Assembly (NCBI GenBank): GCA_045537895.1
Contig: JAZSQI010000042.1
Span: forward strand, 7,111-71,110
DNA length: 64,000 nt
Direction of reading: 5' to 3'
From: Clostridia bacterium
GTDB taxonomy: Bacteria > Bacillota > Clostridia > TANB77 > CAG-465
Shown here: one piece after another, positions 1-8,515 of the stretch
Layout: the number at the start of each line of letters is the position of its first letter
How positions within the stretch are numbered: position 1 is the first letter of the stretch
Made by a program: the position numbers and the translations under genes
Notes under the pieces: generated by a model
Seen by the model: the letters and a program-made list of their open reading frames with translations, nothing else
Databases searched by the model: none
What the model was told of the DNA's origin: nothing

Positions 1-1525
1 GCGATAATAATTCCTTTGTTATTTTTTTCATACTTACAAATTCTTTTGCAATTTTTTTAATTTCTTCATTATTATTTTTTATTACTTTTTCTTTTGATAG
101 TAGAATTATATATTCTTCTCGTTTAGTAACAAGTTTTTCTTTTTCAGCTGAAATATTTTTAGATATAGTTTTGAATTGATCTTCACTTATTAAATTAGTT
201 GCTTTATCCATATATGAATCACTTAAACATTTATCTAAATTTCCAATCTTATTATCTAGTTCTTTTATTATTTCTTTATACTCTTTTGTTAGCTCCATTG
301 ATTCTTTTTCTTTTAAAGCTAAATTTGTTAATTCATTAGATAAATCTTTTCTTAAATATTTTTTACATACTCCTTTAATATTATTTAGTATTACTTCCTC
401 TATTGCTGAAATACTATTTGCATGTCTTGTACAAGCCTTATTATATAACTTAGTATAAGTATAGCATACCGTTGTATATTTATATTCACCATGCTTTTGA
501 TAATACTTATGAGAATACGATAACATTAATCTAGCTCCACACTCTTCACAGAAAAGTAATCCTTTTAATAAATAATCATGTTTTGTACCTTTAAAAGAAC
601 TATTGCCACTTATTCTTTTTTGAACTTCATCAAAAATTTCTTGTGATACTATTGCTTCGTGTGTACCTTTAACCAATATTCTATTTTCTTTTGGAACATC
701 TACTCTTATTTTAGATTTATAGTTAAGCTTTGTTCTTTTTAATTGTTCTAAATCACCAACATATACTATATTTTTTAACATACGACTAATAGTAGTCTGT
801 TTCCAACAATTATATAATGCTGTTTTATTTGAAGGTTTTATATTTCTAGATACACCAGGTACTTCATAACCTTTTTCTGTAAATATTTGAGCTATTTTAG
901 TTAATCCTTTTCCCTGCAAATATAACTCAAAAGCTTCTCTAACAATCTTTGCTTCGCTTTCATTTATTATTAAATGATGTCTATTTTCAGGATCTTTCAT
1001 ATATCCATAAGGTGTTGATGCTCCTAAAAACTTACCTGATTTTTTCTTTTCATGCAATGCACTCTTAATTTTTTTAGAAAAGTCTTTTACATACATATCA
1101 TTTATAATAGATTTAAAAGGTGCAATATCATTCATACCTGCATCTTTTAAAGTATCTATACCATCTAGCAAAGCCATATACCTAACATTATGCTCTGGAA
1201 AATATCTCTGTACATAATTACCAGTATCAATATAATCTCTACCAAGTCTTGATAAGTCTTTTGTTATTACTGTATCAATAATGCCTTTCTCAATATCCCT
1301 TTTCATTTGCTTAAAAGCAGGTCTTTCAAAATTAGTACCAGAATAGCCATCGTCTACATACTCATTTACAAATAATAAATCATTGTTTTCTTTAATAAAT
1401 CTTTTTAATATTTCTCTTTGACTTGTTACACTAGAACTTTCTTCTTTATCACCATCCTCACGAGATAATCTTATATATATTCCTACTTTATAATATTGTT
1501 TTTGATTACTTAATATATTAACCAT
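1..1525 (-). CDS. Large serine recombinase (partial; the 3' end runs off the window start)
   Basis: Missing from the ORF track because it is open-ended. Reverse-strand ATG at 1525-1523, with AGGAGG at 1531-1536. My translation is MVNILSNQKQYYKVGIYIRLSREDGDKEESSSVTSQREILK...YVDDGYSGTNFERPAFKQM...VITKDLSRLGRD (resolvase catalytic domain). A recombinase domain follows, then a Cys-rich zinc ribbon (LFCEECGARL...) and a coiled coil. The frame is open for about 508 codons. Confidence 0.85.
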   Translation of the reverse strand, partial: MVNILSNQKQYYKVGIYIRLSREDGDKEESSSVTSQREILKRFIKENNDLLFVNEYVDDGYSGTNFERPAFKQMKRDIEKGIIDTVITKDLSRLGRDYIDTGNYVQRYFPEHNVRYMALLDGIDTLKDAGMNDIAPFKSIINDMYVKDFSKKIKSALHEKKKSGKFLGASTPYGYMKDPENRHHLIINESEAKIVREAFELYLQGKGLTKIAQIFTEKGYEVPGVSRNIKPSNKTALYNCWKQTTISRMLKNIVYVGDLEQLKRTKLNYKSKIRVDVPKENRILVKGTHEAIVSQEIFDEVQKRISGNSSFKGTKHDYLLKGLLFCEECGARLMLSYSHKYYQKHGEYKYTTVCYTYTKLYNKACTRHANSISAIEEVILNNIKGVCKKYLRKDLSNELTNLALKEKESMELTKEYKEIIKELDNKIGNLDKCLSDSYMDKATNLISEDQFKTISKNISAEKEKLVTKREEYIILLSKEKVIKNNNEEIKKIAKEFVSMKKITKELLS

Positions 1526-1612
1526 AATAGCCTCCTATTAAGTAATCGATACCTTATGGCTTGATTATAACATAAGGTCCGACTACTTACAACTAGTATT
1601 AACAAATTACAA

Positions 1613-1762
1613 TTACCAATTTTCACCTTTCATTTTTAATAAAAAACTTTGCTTAAAAATCTCGTTTATATCAACATCCGATTCATCGTCAAAAACACTT
1701 TTTACTATATACTCTTTTTTATCTATTTTACTACAATTTCTTCTACTGGTATTTTTATTCAT
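1613..1762 (-). CDS. Small hypothetical protein (49 aa), a possible recombination accessory factor
   Basis: My translation is MNKNTSRRNCSKIDKKEYIVKSVFDDESDVDINEIFKQSFLLKMKGENW. An AGAGGTG RBS lies upstream. It sits just upstream of the recombinase. Confidence 0.3.
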   Translation of the reverse strand: MNKNTSRRNCSKIDKKEYIVKSVFDDESDVDINEIFKQSFLLKMKGENW

Positions 1763-1982
1763 TCTAGACACCTCTTGTAAATTAATATTTCCAATAATGT
1801 TTAAACATATACTATTAATCGTTCGACTAAATCTGCTATACTCTTCAAAAGTATTTAACTATATCATTTGTTTCTTCTAATTATTTCTTTTTTCGTTTAT
1901 TTTCTTCTATGGTACTAATATCTATACTTAATACTTTAGTTCTTTTTTTGACATTATTTTCACATGATTTTATGCAAATAAA

Positions 1983-2405
1983 CTATTTCCAACTAATTTT
2001 TTTAGGCACATCTGCACCACCTACAATCCCACTTTTTAATATGAAACTATGACTCTTTTCGTTATATCTATATATAGATGGATTCCAATTACGAAAGACT
2101 CTATTATTCATGGGCTTTCTTCCATCTGATAATTCTGAACTTGCTTGTTGATGCATTCTCTTTAATATGTGATTATCTGTATTAACTTGTTCTTTTCTCT
2201 TCTTTTCAACTCTTCTTTGAATTTCTTTATTATGTTTAATTTTATTTAATTCTTTTCTTGTTTCTTTTTCTTTTTTATATCTTGCATCATTTTTTACAAT
2301 TTTTGAAACTGCATTTGTTGATATATTTAACATATTAGCAATATCAACTTGTTTCAGTTTTTCATCAAAATATAATTGTAGAACTTTTTCTTTATTTGAT
2401 TTCAT
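1983..2405 (-). CDS. HTH DNA-binding protein (sigma region-4-like HTH)
   Basis: LKQVDIANMLNISTNAVSKIVKND is a helix-turn-helix. A basic linker follows. Confidence 0.5.
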   Translation of the reverse strand: MKSNKEKVLQLYFDEKLKQVDIANMLNISTNAVSKIVKNDARYKKEKETRKELNKIKHNKEIQRRVEKKRKEQVNTDNHILKRMHQQASSELSDGRKPMNNRVFRNWNPSIYRYNEKSHSFILKSGIVGGADVPKKISWK

Positions 2406-2473
2406 AATATCTTTCCTCTCAAGTTGATTTTTTGTTAAACAAATTTTGAATATGAAGAAACTAATAAAGCTAT

Positions 2474-2674
2474 TTACTTTATTTCTAAATCTTTCATTCT
2501 TTCCTTAAATTCTTTCTTATTTAACTTACTTAATGGCTTAACAATATTTGCTTTTTTATTCTTTTGTTTCTTTCTTATATTAGCTTGTGCTATATACATC
2601 CAAGAACATAAATTTAAAACAACTAAACTTATAATTAAAACTTGCACATTCATTTCCTCCTCTTTGATATACAA
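2474..2674 (-). CDS. Small membrane protein, hypothetical
   Basis: One hydrophobic helix (VQVLIISLVVLNLCSWMYIA) followed by a basic tail. Confidence 0.35.
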   Translation of the reverse strand: MYIKEEEMNVQVLIISLVVLNLCSWMYIAQANIRKKQKNKKANIVKPLSKLNKKEFKERMKDLEIK

Positions 2675-2859
2675 TTTTTAATAGCCTTTACTTCATCTAG
2701 CTCAAACTTTTTAATTAACATTTTGACTTCCTGTACAACTTCTTTTGGTGTTATCTCATTAGCAGTTTTCTTTAACATATGAACAGCAACTTCTGTATAA
2801 ATCAAATATGTTTCAATATCCATTTTTGTATCCATATTTATCGCACCTCCCTTTTTCAC
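2650..2859 (-). CDS. Hypothetical small protein
   Basis: ORF with a GGAGG-like RBS context and operon continuity. Confidence 0.35.
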   Translation of the reverse strand: MKKGGAINMDTKMDIETYLIYTEVAVHMLKKTANEITPKEVVQEVKMLIKKFELDEVKAIKNCISKRRK

Positions 2860-2910
2860 CTATAAAAATCCAAAAAAGCGAAAAAATGTTGCCAATTTTA
2901 AAATTTTTTT

Positions 2911-3078
2911 TTATTTTTTTCTATTTCTTGATAATTTAATAAAAATTTCTATTTTTATTTCTTGATATAAATCCTCATCAAATTGATTATTTATTATTGA
3001 TTTGCTAACAATTAAAGGATCATAATCCTTTATTATCTTTTCTATTTCTTCATCGGTTAACGAATAATTATTAAACAT
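2911..3078 (-). CDS. Small hypothetical protein (55 aa)
   Basis: Below the track's size cutoff. Its ATG overlaps the stop of the sigma-like gene (ATGTTTAA). My translation is MFNNYSLTDEEIEKIIKDYDPLIVSKSIINNQFDEDLYQEIKIEIFIKLSRNRKK. Confidence 0.3.
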   Translation of the reverse strand: MFNNYSLTDEEIEKIIKDYDPLIVSKSIINNQFDEDLYQEIKIEIFIKLSRNRKK

Positions 3079-3508
3079 CGTTATTCCCTCCTTCTAATTT
3101 TCTTTTTATTTTATTTATTGCTTTTGTTTTTATTTTCCATACTGTCTCTCTAAAAATCCCCAAACTAGATGCAACTTCATTTACATTCTTATTCTCACAA
3201 TATAAAGAAAAAAGCACCGTCTTTTCTTTTAAAGACAATGCTTCTACACATTTATATAATTTTTTATTTGACATCACATCTTGAAGGTTATTTGCAGATA
3301 ATAATGCCTGTTCTAATCTTTCTGTTATTTCATATTTTTCATCTATTATATAATCTTCGTACAATCCATCGATTTCGTTTATACTATAAATTTCATCTCT
3401 TATGTATTTGTTCATTCTATTAATAACTAACTTTTTTAAATATGCTTTTTCTTCATTTGATAATTCTTCTATTAAATAATTCTTTCTTTCCATTTTATCA
3501 TTCTCCAA
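3071..3508 (-). CDS. Small sigma-70 family protein (region 4 HTH)
   Basis: C-terminal LSLKEKTVLFSLYCENKNVNEVASSLGIFRETVWKIKTKAINKIKRKL matches the region-4 pattern. Confidence 0.6.
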   Translation of the reverse strand: MENDKMERKNYLIEELSNEEKAYLKKLVINRMNKYIRDEIYSINEIDGLYEDYIIDEKYEITERLEQALLSANNLQDVMSNKKLYKCVEALSLKEKTVLFSLYCENKNVNEVASSLGIFRETVWKIKTKAINKIKRKLEGGNNDV

Positions 3509-3716
3509 TCCTAATTAATTGGACAATGCCATAAAACAAAGAAAGAATTAATCTTTATTTGTTATTTAATATACACCATAATACATCCCTCCTTAACAAT
3601 TCTCTAAAACTGAAAAAACCTTATTACATATATCAACCTCTTATGATTCTTTCCTTATTTTAGATATTGCCCTTATAGGAATATTACCATTTTTTATGTT
3701 GAATTTGTTAAAAAGT

Positions 3717-3750
3717 GTATAAAAGGGTATAAAAGGGTACAAAAGGGTAT
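3717..3750. repeat. Tandem 10-bp iterons GTAYAAAAGG (about 3.5 copies)
   Basis: The sequence reads gtataaaagg gtataaaagg gtacaaaagg gtattttt. It lies in the divergent intergenic region between the sigma-like gene and the Spo0A-like gene. Confidence 0.5.
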
Positions 3751-3800
3751 TTTTTTAAGATAAAAATATCAATTTTTGACACTTTCAGTTACCATAAATA

Positions 3801-3829
3801 TTGTTATTTTGATATTCCTATGATATAAT
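3801..3829 (+). promoter_or_regulatory. SigA-type promoter for the Spo0A-like gene
   Basis: TTGTTA, a 17-nt spacer, then TATAAT with a TG extension (tgatataat at 3821-3829). Confidence 0.4.
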
Positions 3830-3871
3830 AAGTACAATTATTTATAGAAATTATAAGGTTGGGATGTATAG

Positions 3872-4585
3872 ATGTTTACAAAAGTCTTGATAGCTGAAGA
3901 TAATATGGCAATATATTCAACTTATAAAGATATATTGTCGGCAGATAAATCAATAGAGATAATAGGTCATGCACAGGATGGATTGTCTGCTATAGAAATG
4001 TATAATAAAACTAATCCTGATGTTTTTCTTCTAGATTTAGGATTACCTGAAAAAAATGGTATAGAAATCGTTAACGAACTTTCCAACTCTGAAGAAAGTA
4101 AATGTGACATCATTGTAGTATCAGGAGATACCGAATTAAGACAACAATTATTTAATACTAAAAAGGTATACAGAATTATACCTAAACCTTTCGACTCCGA
4201 AATACTTACTCAAACAATTCACAAGCTAAAGAAAGAACAAGTACTGGCATCATTCCCAAAAGAAAAATATTACGAGCTACTACTTAAACTTAAATTAAAA
4301 CCTTATTCTCGTAGCTGCAAAGTTTTAACAAGTATGGTTAAACTAGCCTATCAAGATATATCACTATTAGAAAACATGAATAACTTATATACTACATTAG
4401 CATATAAGCAACACTGTCCACCTCAAAAAATAAAAGAGAGTTTACGAAGCTCTATTAGAATTGCAAATCGCTATTCTAGTAGATCAGTTTTAAACTCTCT
4501 TTTTCACATTTCTGATGATGATTATAATAATACTATAACACCTAAACAATTCTTAAATGGTATTTTGTTTCATTTAAAACAATAA
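3872..4585 (+). CDS. Spo0A-like response regulator (receiver domain plus Spo0A_C-type DNA-binding domain)
   Basis: Receiver motifs: LIAEDN, DVFLLDLGLPEKNG, IIVVSG, IPKPFD. The C-terminal LKPYSRSCKVLTSMVKLAYQDISLLENMNNLYTTLAYKQHCPPQKIKESLRSSIRIA parallels the Spo0A effector domain. Confidence 0.7.
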   Translation: MFTKVLIAEDNMAIYSTYKDILSADKSIEIIGHAQDGLSAIEMYNKTNPDVFLLDLGLPEKNGIEIVNELSNSEESKCDIIVVSGDTELRQQLFNTKKVYRIIPKPFDSEILTQTIHKLKKEQVLASFPKEKYYELLLKLKLKPYSRSCKVLTSMVKLAYQDISLLENMNNLYTTLAYKQHCPPQKIKESLRSSIRIANRYSSRSVLNSLFHISDDDYNNTITPKQFLNGILFHLKQ

Positions 4586-4691
4586 TAGTAGGCAAATAAT
4601 TCATACATAAGTTAATTTTTCTTGACTTTTATCGACAAGTTTGATACATTTATGGTAGCTAATAGATTATTAGCAAAAGGGGGAGAATTTT

Positions 4692-4967
4692 ATGAATAAA
4701 GCAGATCTAATTAATGCTATTGCAGAAAAAGCTGACTTAACAAAAAAAGCATCAGAAGTTGCTTTAACTTCTATCATTGATTCTATTACTGAATCATTAA
4801 AAAAAGGTGATAAAGTTCAATTAGTTGGATTTGGTAGTTTTGAAGTAAGACAAAAAGCAGCTAGAAAAGGACACAATCCTTTAACTGGTGAAGAAATCAA
4901 AATACCTGCTTGTAAAGCACCTGCATTTAAGGCTGGTAAAGCACTAAAAGAAAAAGTTAATAAATAG
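4692..4967 (+). CDS. hup: DNA-binding protein HU
   Basis: [13 protein letters not shown]...[46 protein letters not shown] is a canonical HU sequence. Confidence 0.9.
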   Translation: MNKADLINAIAEKADLTKKASEVALTSIIDSITESLKKGDKVQLVGFGSFEVRQKAARKGHNPLTGEEIKIPACKAPAFKAGKALKEKVNK

Positions 4968-4974
4968 TAAAATA

Positions 4975-5013
4975 TATGGTATAGAAAAAAATTCTATACC
5001 ATACTCTTTTTTT
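4975..5013. terminator. Bidirectional intrinsic terminator
   Basis: A 12-bp stem (tatggtatagaa / ttctataccata), flanked by an A run and a T run, between convergent hup and the T4CP gene. Confidence 0.7.
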
Positions 5014-7024
5014 ATTCTACTGTATCAGATGCTGTTCCAAATATCTCATCAAATTTCTTTTCTAATTCTTTTTGAAGATCTATCATTTCATCTTGTGTGT
5101 CTTTTATAGGAGAAATATTTTGGATTGTTGGTTCTTTTAATTTTTCTTCACCTAAATCTATATCAAGCGAATTATTTAGAGATACATCTACTTCTGTAAT
5201 TTCTTCATCTTTTTTTTGATTTAATATTTCTTTTGCTTTTCTTACTCTGTCATTTATGTGTTTTTGTACATCCATTACACATACCTCGACATCATCAGTT
5301 TTAGGCATTTCTGATATATTTCTTATTTCAGTTTTTCTAGCAATATCTCTCATTGGATGATACTTAAAATACCAAGCCTTTCTTGCTTTAATTGGTTTTA
5401 ATCCTCTAACTAATAGTATTTCTTCATCAGAAGGAAGTCGCTTTAATTCATCTATTGTCATAAGTTCTCTTCCCTGTCTTTGTTCACCTATCTGTAATCC
5501 TTGTGTTGTCATATTGTCTTTATCTCTATTTTTTGTTTTGCTTTCAAATTTAATTGTTTTTTGTCCCAAACTCTTTGAAAAATATTCACAGGTTTTAATT
5601 GATTGACTTCCTAAAAACAAGTGTGTATCACAGTTACCCAAAATGTTTTCATAGTTTTCTTTGTATAGTGCTTCTAATTGATCTAAACTCTGCACAACTA
5701 TTGATATGCTGATTCCTAAACTTCTTGTTGTACTTAATTTTTTGTTAAAGTCAGGTATTTGTCCAATGTTTGCAAATTCATCTAACAAGAAGTACACTTG
5801 GTTATTTAATGTTCCACCATTTCTATCTGCTTGTACATATAGTTTTTGTAACATTTGACTAAAAAATATTGTTGATATAAAGTCATATGTACTATCAGAT
5901 GCAGATGTAATAACAAATAATGCTACTTTCTTTTGACCTAAATCATCAAAATTTATATTGTTACTAGTTGTTATTCTTTGCATAGCAGGAGTATCAAATG
6001 CTGTTATCTTTGAAATTGTAGAAACAACTATACTTTGCATTGTTTTATCTGCTGCTGTACTGAAATTTTCATATTCTTTTCTACCAGGATGCTCTGGTTT
6101 TAATTCATTTACAAATAATTTCTTAAATATATCAGGATCAGCTCCTCCCTGTCTTATAATATTAAGACAGCTTGATATATTTTGCTCTTCTTTTGGAAGT
6201 ACTGATATAACATAATAGATACATGCTTTCAAAAGCATTTTTGCTGTTTCATCCCAAAATGGATCATTGCTTCCCTGTCCTTTTGTTGCACCTTGAACTA
6301 TTGTATGTGCAATAATATCAACACTAGTATGGTCAACTATATGAGATAAAGGATTATATCTATCACTATATTCAGGATTAACTAAATTAAATGCTCTTAC
6401 TTCATATCCATTTTCTTTTAAGAAACCTGATGTTTCTCTATATAACTCACCTTTCGGATCTGTTATTACATAAGAGCCTAACATTTGAAGTATGTTTGGC
6501 TTAATATAACAAGCAGATTTACCTGCACCAGATCCACCGACAACAAGTATATTTTTATTTATTTTAACTTTTCTTAAATCTGTCCCAAGATAGTGATTTT
6601 TACTTAATATGAAACCATTTTTTCTATTTAATACCTCACTACCATCAGGAAGTTTTTTATATTCTTCCCCACCTTTACTCCAATCACTAGAACCACTTTC
6701 AATTCCATCATACTCATGTTTACTTTTATTCTTTATTAGGAAATAAATTGTTAATCCTATAAATAATGCAAGTAACCACCCGCATCCTGAAAAGAAACTA
6801 TCCAATGCTTTTTCTTTAAATAAATCACCTATTATTTTGAATGGATTTTTCATATATTCTCCCATTGTTGTAAAGAAAGTATTAAAATCATCAAATATAG
6901 TTTGTCCATCCTCAAGAACAACTGCTTTTGTAACACAAAAAGATCCTACTATTTCTATACAAAGAATCAAATAAAAAACGCCTATTGCTATAAGTTGTCC
7001 TTTGAATTTTCTTATCGTTTCCAT
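5012..7024 (-). CDS. Type IV coupling protein, VirD4/TraG family (T4CP copy 1)
   Basis: N-terminal TM helices. Walker A is VVGGSGAGKSACYIKPN. Also present: ITDPKGE, Walker B FLLDEFANIG, and RSLGISISIVVQSLDQLEALY. The C-terminal extension is acidic. Confidence 0.85.
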   Translation of the reverse strand: METIRKFKGQLIAIGVFYLILCIEIVGSFCVTKAVVLEDGQTIFDDFNTFFTTMGEYMKNPFKIIGDLFKEKALDSFFSGCGWLLALFIGLTIYFLIKNKSKHEYDGIESGSSDWSKGGEEYKKLPDGSEVLNRKNGFILSKNHYLGTDLRKVKINKNILVVGGSGAGKSACYIKPNILQMLGSYVITDPKGELYRETSGFLKENGYEVRAFNLVNPEYSDRYNPLSHIVDHTSVDIIAHTIVQGATKGQGSNDPFWDETAKMLLKACIYYVISVLPKEEQNISSCLNIIRQGGADPDIFKKLFVNELKPEHPGRKEYENFSTAADKTMQSIVVSTISKITAFDTPAMQRITTSNNINFDDLGQKKVALFVITSASDSTYDFISTIFFSQMLQKLYVQADRNGGTLNNQVYFLLDEFANIGQIPDFNKKLSTTRSLGISISIVVQSLDQLEALYKENYENILGNCDTHLFLGSQSIKTCEYFSKSLGQKTIKFESKTKNRDKDNMTTQGLQIGEQRQGRELMTIDELKRLPSDEEILLVRGLKPIKARKAWYFKYHPMRDIARKTEIRNISEMPKTDDVEVCVMDVQKHINDRVRKAKEILNQKKDEEITEVDVSLNNSLDIDLGEEKLKEPTIQNISPIKDTQDEMIDLQKELEKKFDEIFGTASDTVE

Positions 7025-7060
7025 AAAACCTCCTAATTAACTTTATTCTACTGGTTTATA

Positions 7061-7606
7061 TTATCTTAAAAATTCATTCAATTTTTTATCTATTACTTTA
7101 ATTGTTTTATTACAATTACTTATATGCTTTTTATCAATGAAATCATACCACTCTGATATAAAATACTCAATGTTATCTTTATTTACCTTATCATTAAAAA
7201 TCTGCATTGCAGTATTATAATAATCTCTTACTGCAACAGCCCCCAATGCTTTTGGAAATGCTTTTTCTGGAATTTTATTCTTTTTATAAAATTCCATTGC
7301 CATTTCATCAGTAACTTTTCTAGGATTTCTTATAATTATCTTATTTGCTCTAAAAACACCATTTGGAGTAGCACATTCTTTAACACAAATTACTTCTGCA
7401 TCATCAGGTACCTCTACATCATAAATAGTATCACCATTATGTAACCATCTTAAAATATTTTCTTCATTACTGAAATTTAATCCTCCCATTTCTTTCGGAG
7501 TATTTGCTTTTGGATTCCAATGTAAAGCAACAGTTACATCCTCTACTTTATATTTAAATTCACTATATCTTGATTTGTCTAAAAACATTACTTTTAAGTA
7601 TTTCAT
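7061..7606 (-). CDS. Hypothetical protein
   Basis: Intact 181-aa ORF between T4CP copy 1 and the tagged enzymes. I recognise no family. Confidence 0.45.
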   Translation of the reverse strand: MKYLKVMFLDKSRYSEFKYKVEDVTVALHWNPKANTPKEMGGLNFSNEENILRWLHNGDTIYDVEVPDDAEVICVKECATPNGVFRANKIIIRNPRKVTDEMAMEFYKKNKIPEKAFPKALGAVAVRDYYNTAMQIFNDKVNKDNIEYFISEWYDFIDKKHISNCNKTIKVIDKKLNEFLR

Positions 7607-7636
7607 TATTTCACCTTTAATATTAAATACTACTTT

Positions 7637-8080
7637 TTATCTTCTAAATATTCTTTTTATTTTATTAATTATTTTTTCAAATATATTTTCTTTTACAGGA
7701 ACAATTATTTGTTCTTCTAGTTTTTGAGTAAAATATTCATCTTTTGTTCCAAACACCTCATCTGCATTAAAATCCACTTGAAATATATCTTGATATTTTT
7801 TCTCATTATTTGCATATACTTCTCTTAATCTTGCTTTTTCTTCTTCATCTTCACAAATATAGTTTAAGTTAAGCATTGCAATTATTGCAAGTGTTTCTTC
7901 TAACAAATTTTGGTCTTTTATTTCTATACTTGGATTTATTCCTTTAATATAATCTTTATCCTTTTCTTGCCTAAAAATCTCTCTTAAATTTTCAGGGATT
8001 TTATTTCTTTCTTGTTCTGATAACAAACTTAAAAATTCATCTACTTCTGAATATGCTTGTCTTATGTTTTTTGAAATCAT
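7637..8080 (-). CDS. Hypothetical protein
   Basis: 147-aa ORF, acidic and predicted helical. Confidence 0.45.
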   Translation of the reverse strand: MISKNIRQAYSEVDEFLSLLSEQERNKIPENLREIFRQEKDKDYIKGINPSIEIKDQNLLEETLAIIAMLNLNYICEDEEEKARLREVYANNEKKYQDIFQVDFNADEVFGTKDEYFTQKLEEQIIVPVKENIFEKIINKIKRIFRR

Positions 8081-8091
8081 ATCTTCACCAC

Positions 8092-8499
8092 CTATAAATT
8101 CTTTATTTTTCTTATATGTTTATCTAACAATTCGTTTGCAAATCTATTTACTATAATATAATTATCTTCTATATTATCTTTATTTAATTCTGATGTAAAT
8201 ATATTACTAGTTGTTTTTTCAAGTAAAGTATATCTATTAATAATAAGTAAAGATAATATATATGATATTTCATCTTGTATAATAAACATATTATTAACAT
8301 TATTATTGTTTAGTTTATTTAATGTTGCTATTTTTATATTTGTATTCAAACAATATGCTCTTGCATTAAGTTCCATCAGTTCTCTTTTTTCCTTATCAGT
8401 AATATTATAATAATTATCACCTAATATAAAACTGATGAGTTCTTCAATACTACTAAACTGATTATATCTATCATTTTCTATTAATATTAAATCTTTCAA
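8092..8499 (-). CDS. Hypothetical protein
   Basis: 135-aa ORF with operon continuity. Confidence 0.45.
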   Translation of the reverse strand: MKDLILIENDRYNQFSSIEELISFILGDNYYNITDKEKRELMELNARAYCLNTNIKIATLNKLNNNNVNNMFIIQDEISYILSLLIINRYTLLEKTTSNIFTSELNKDNIEDNYIIVNRFANELLDKHIRKIKNL

Positions 8500-8515
8500 T
8501 TTTTTTCTCCTTTAT

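Noticed and set aside
3717-3750. Whether the short tandem repeats, or any other part of the window, form a CRISPR array.
   Set aside because: The repeats are only about 3.5 contiguous 10-bp units with no spacers. I saw no repeat-spacer architecture and no cas genes anywhere in the window.
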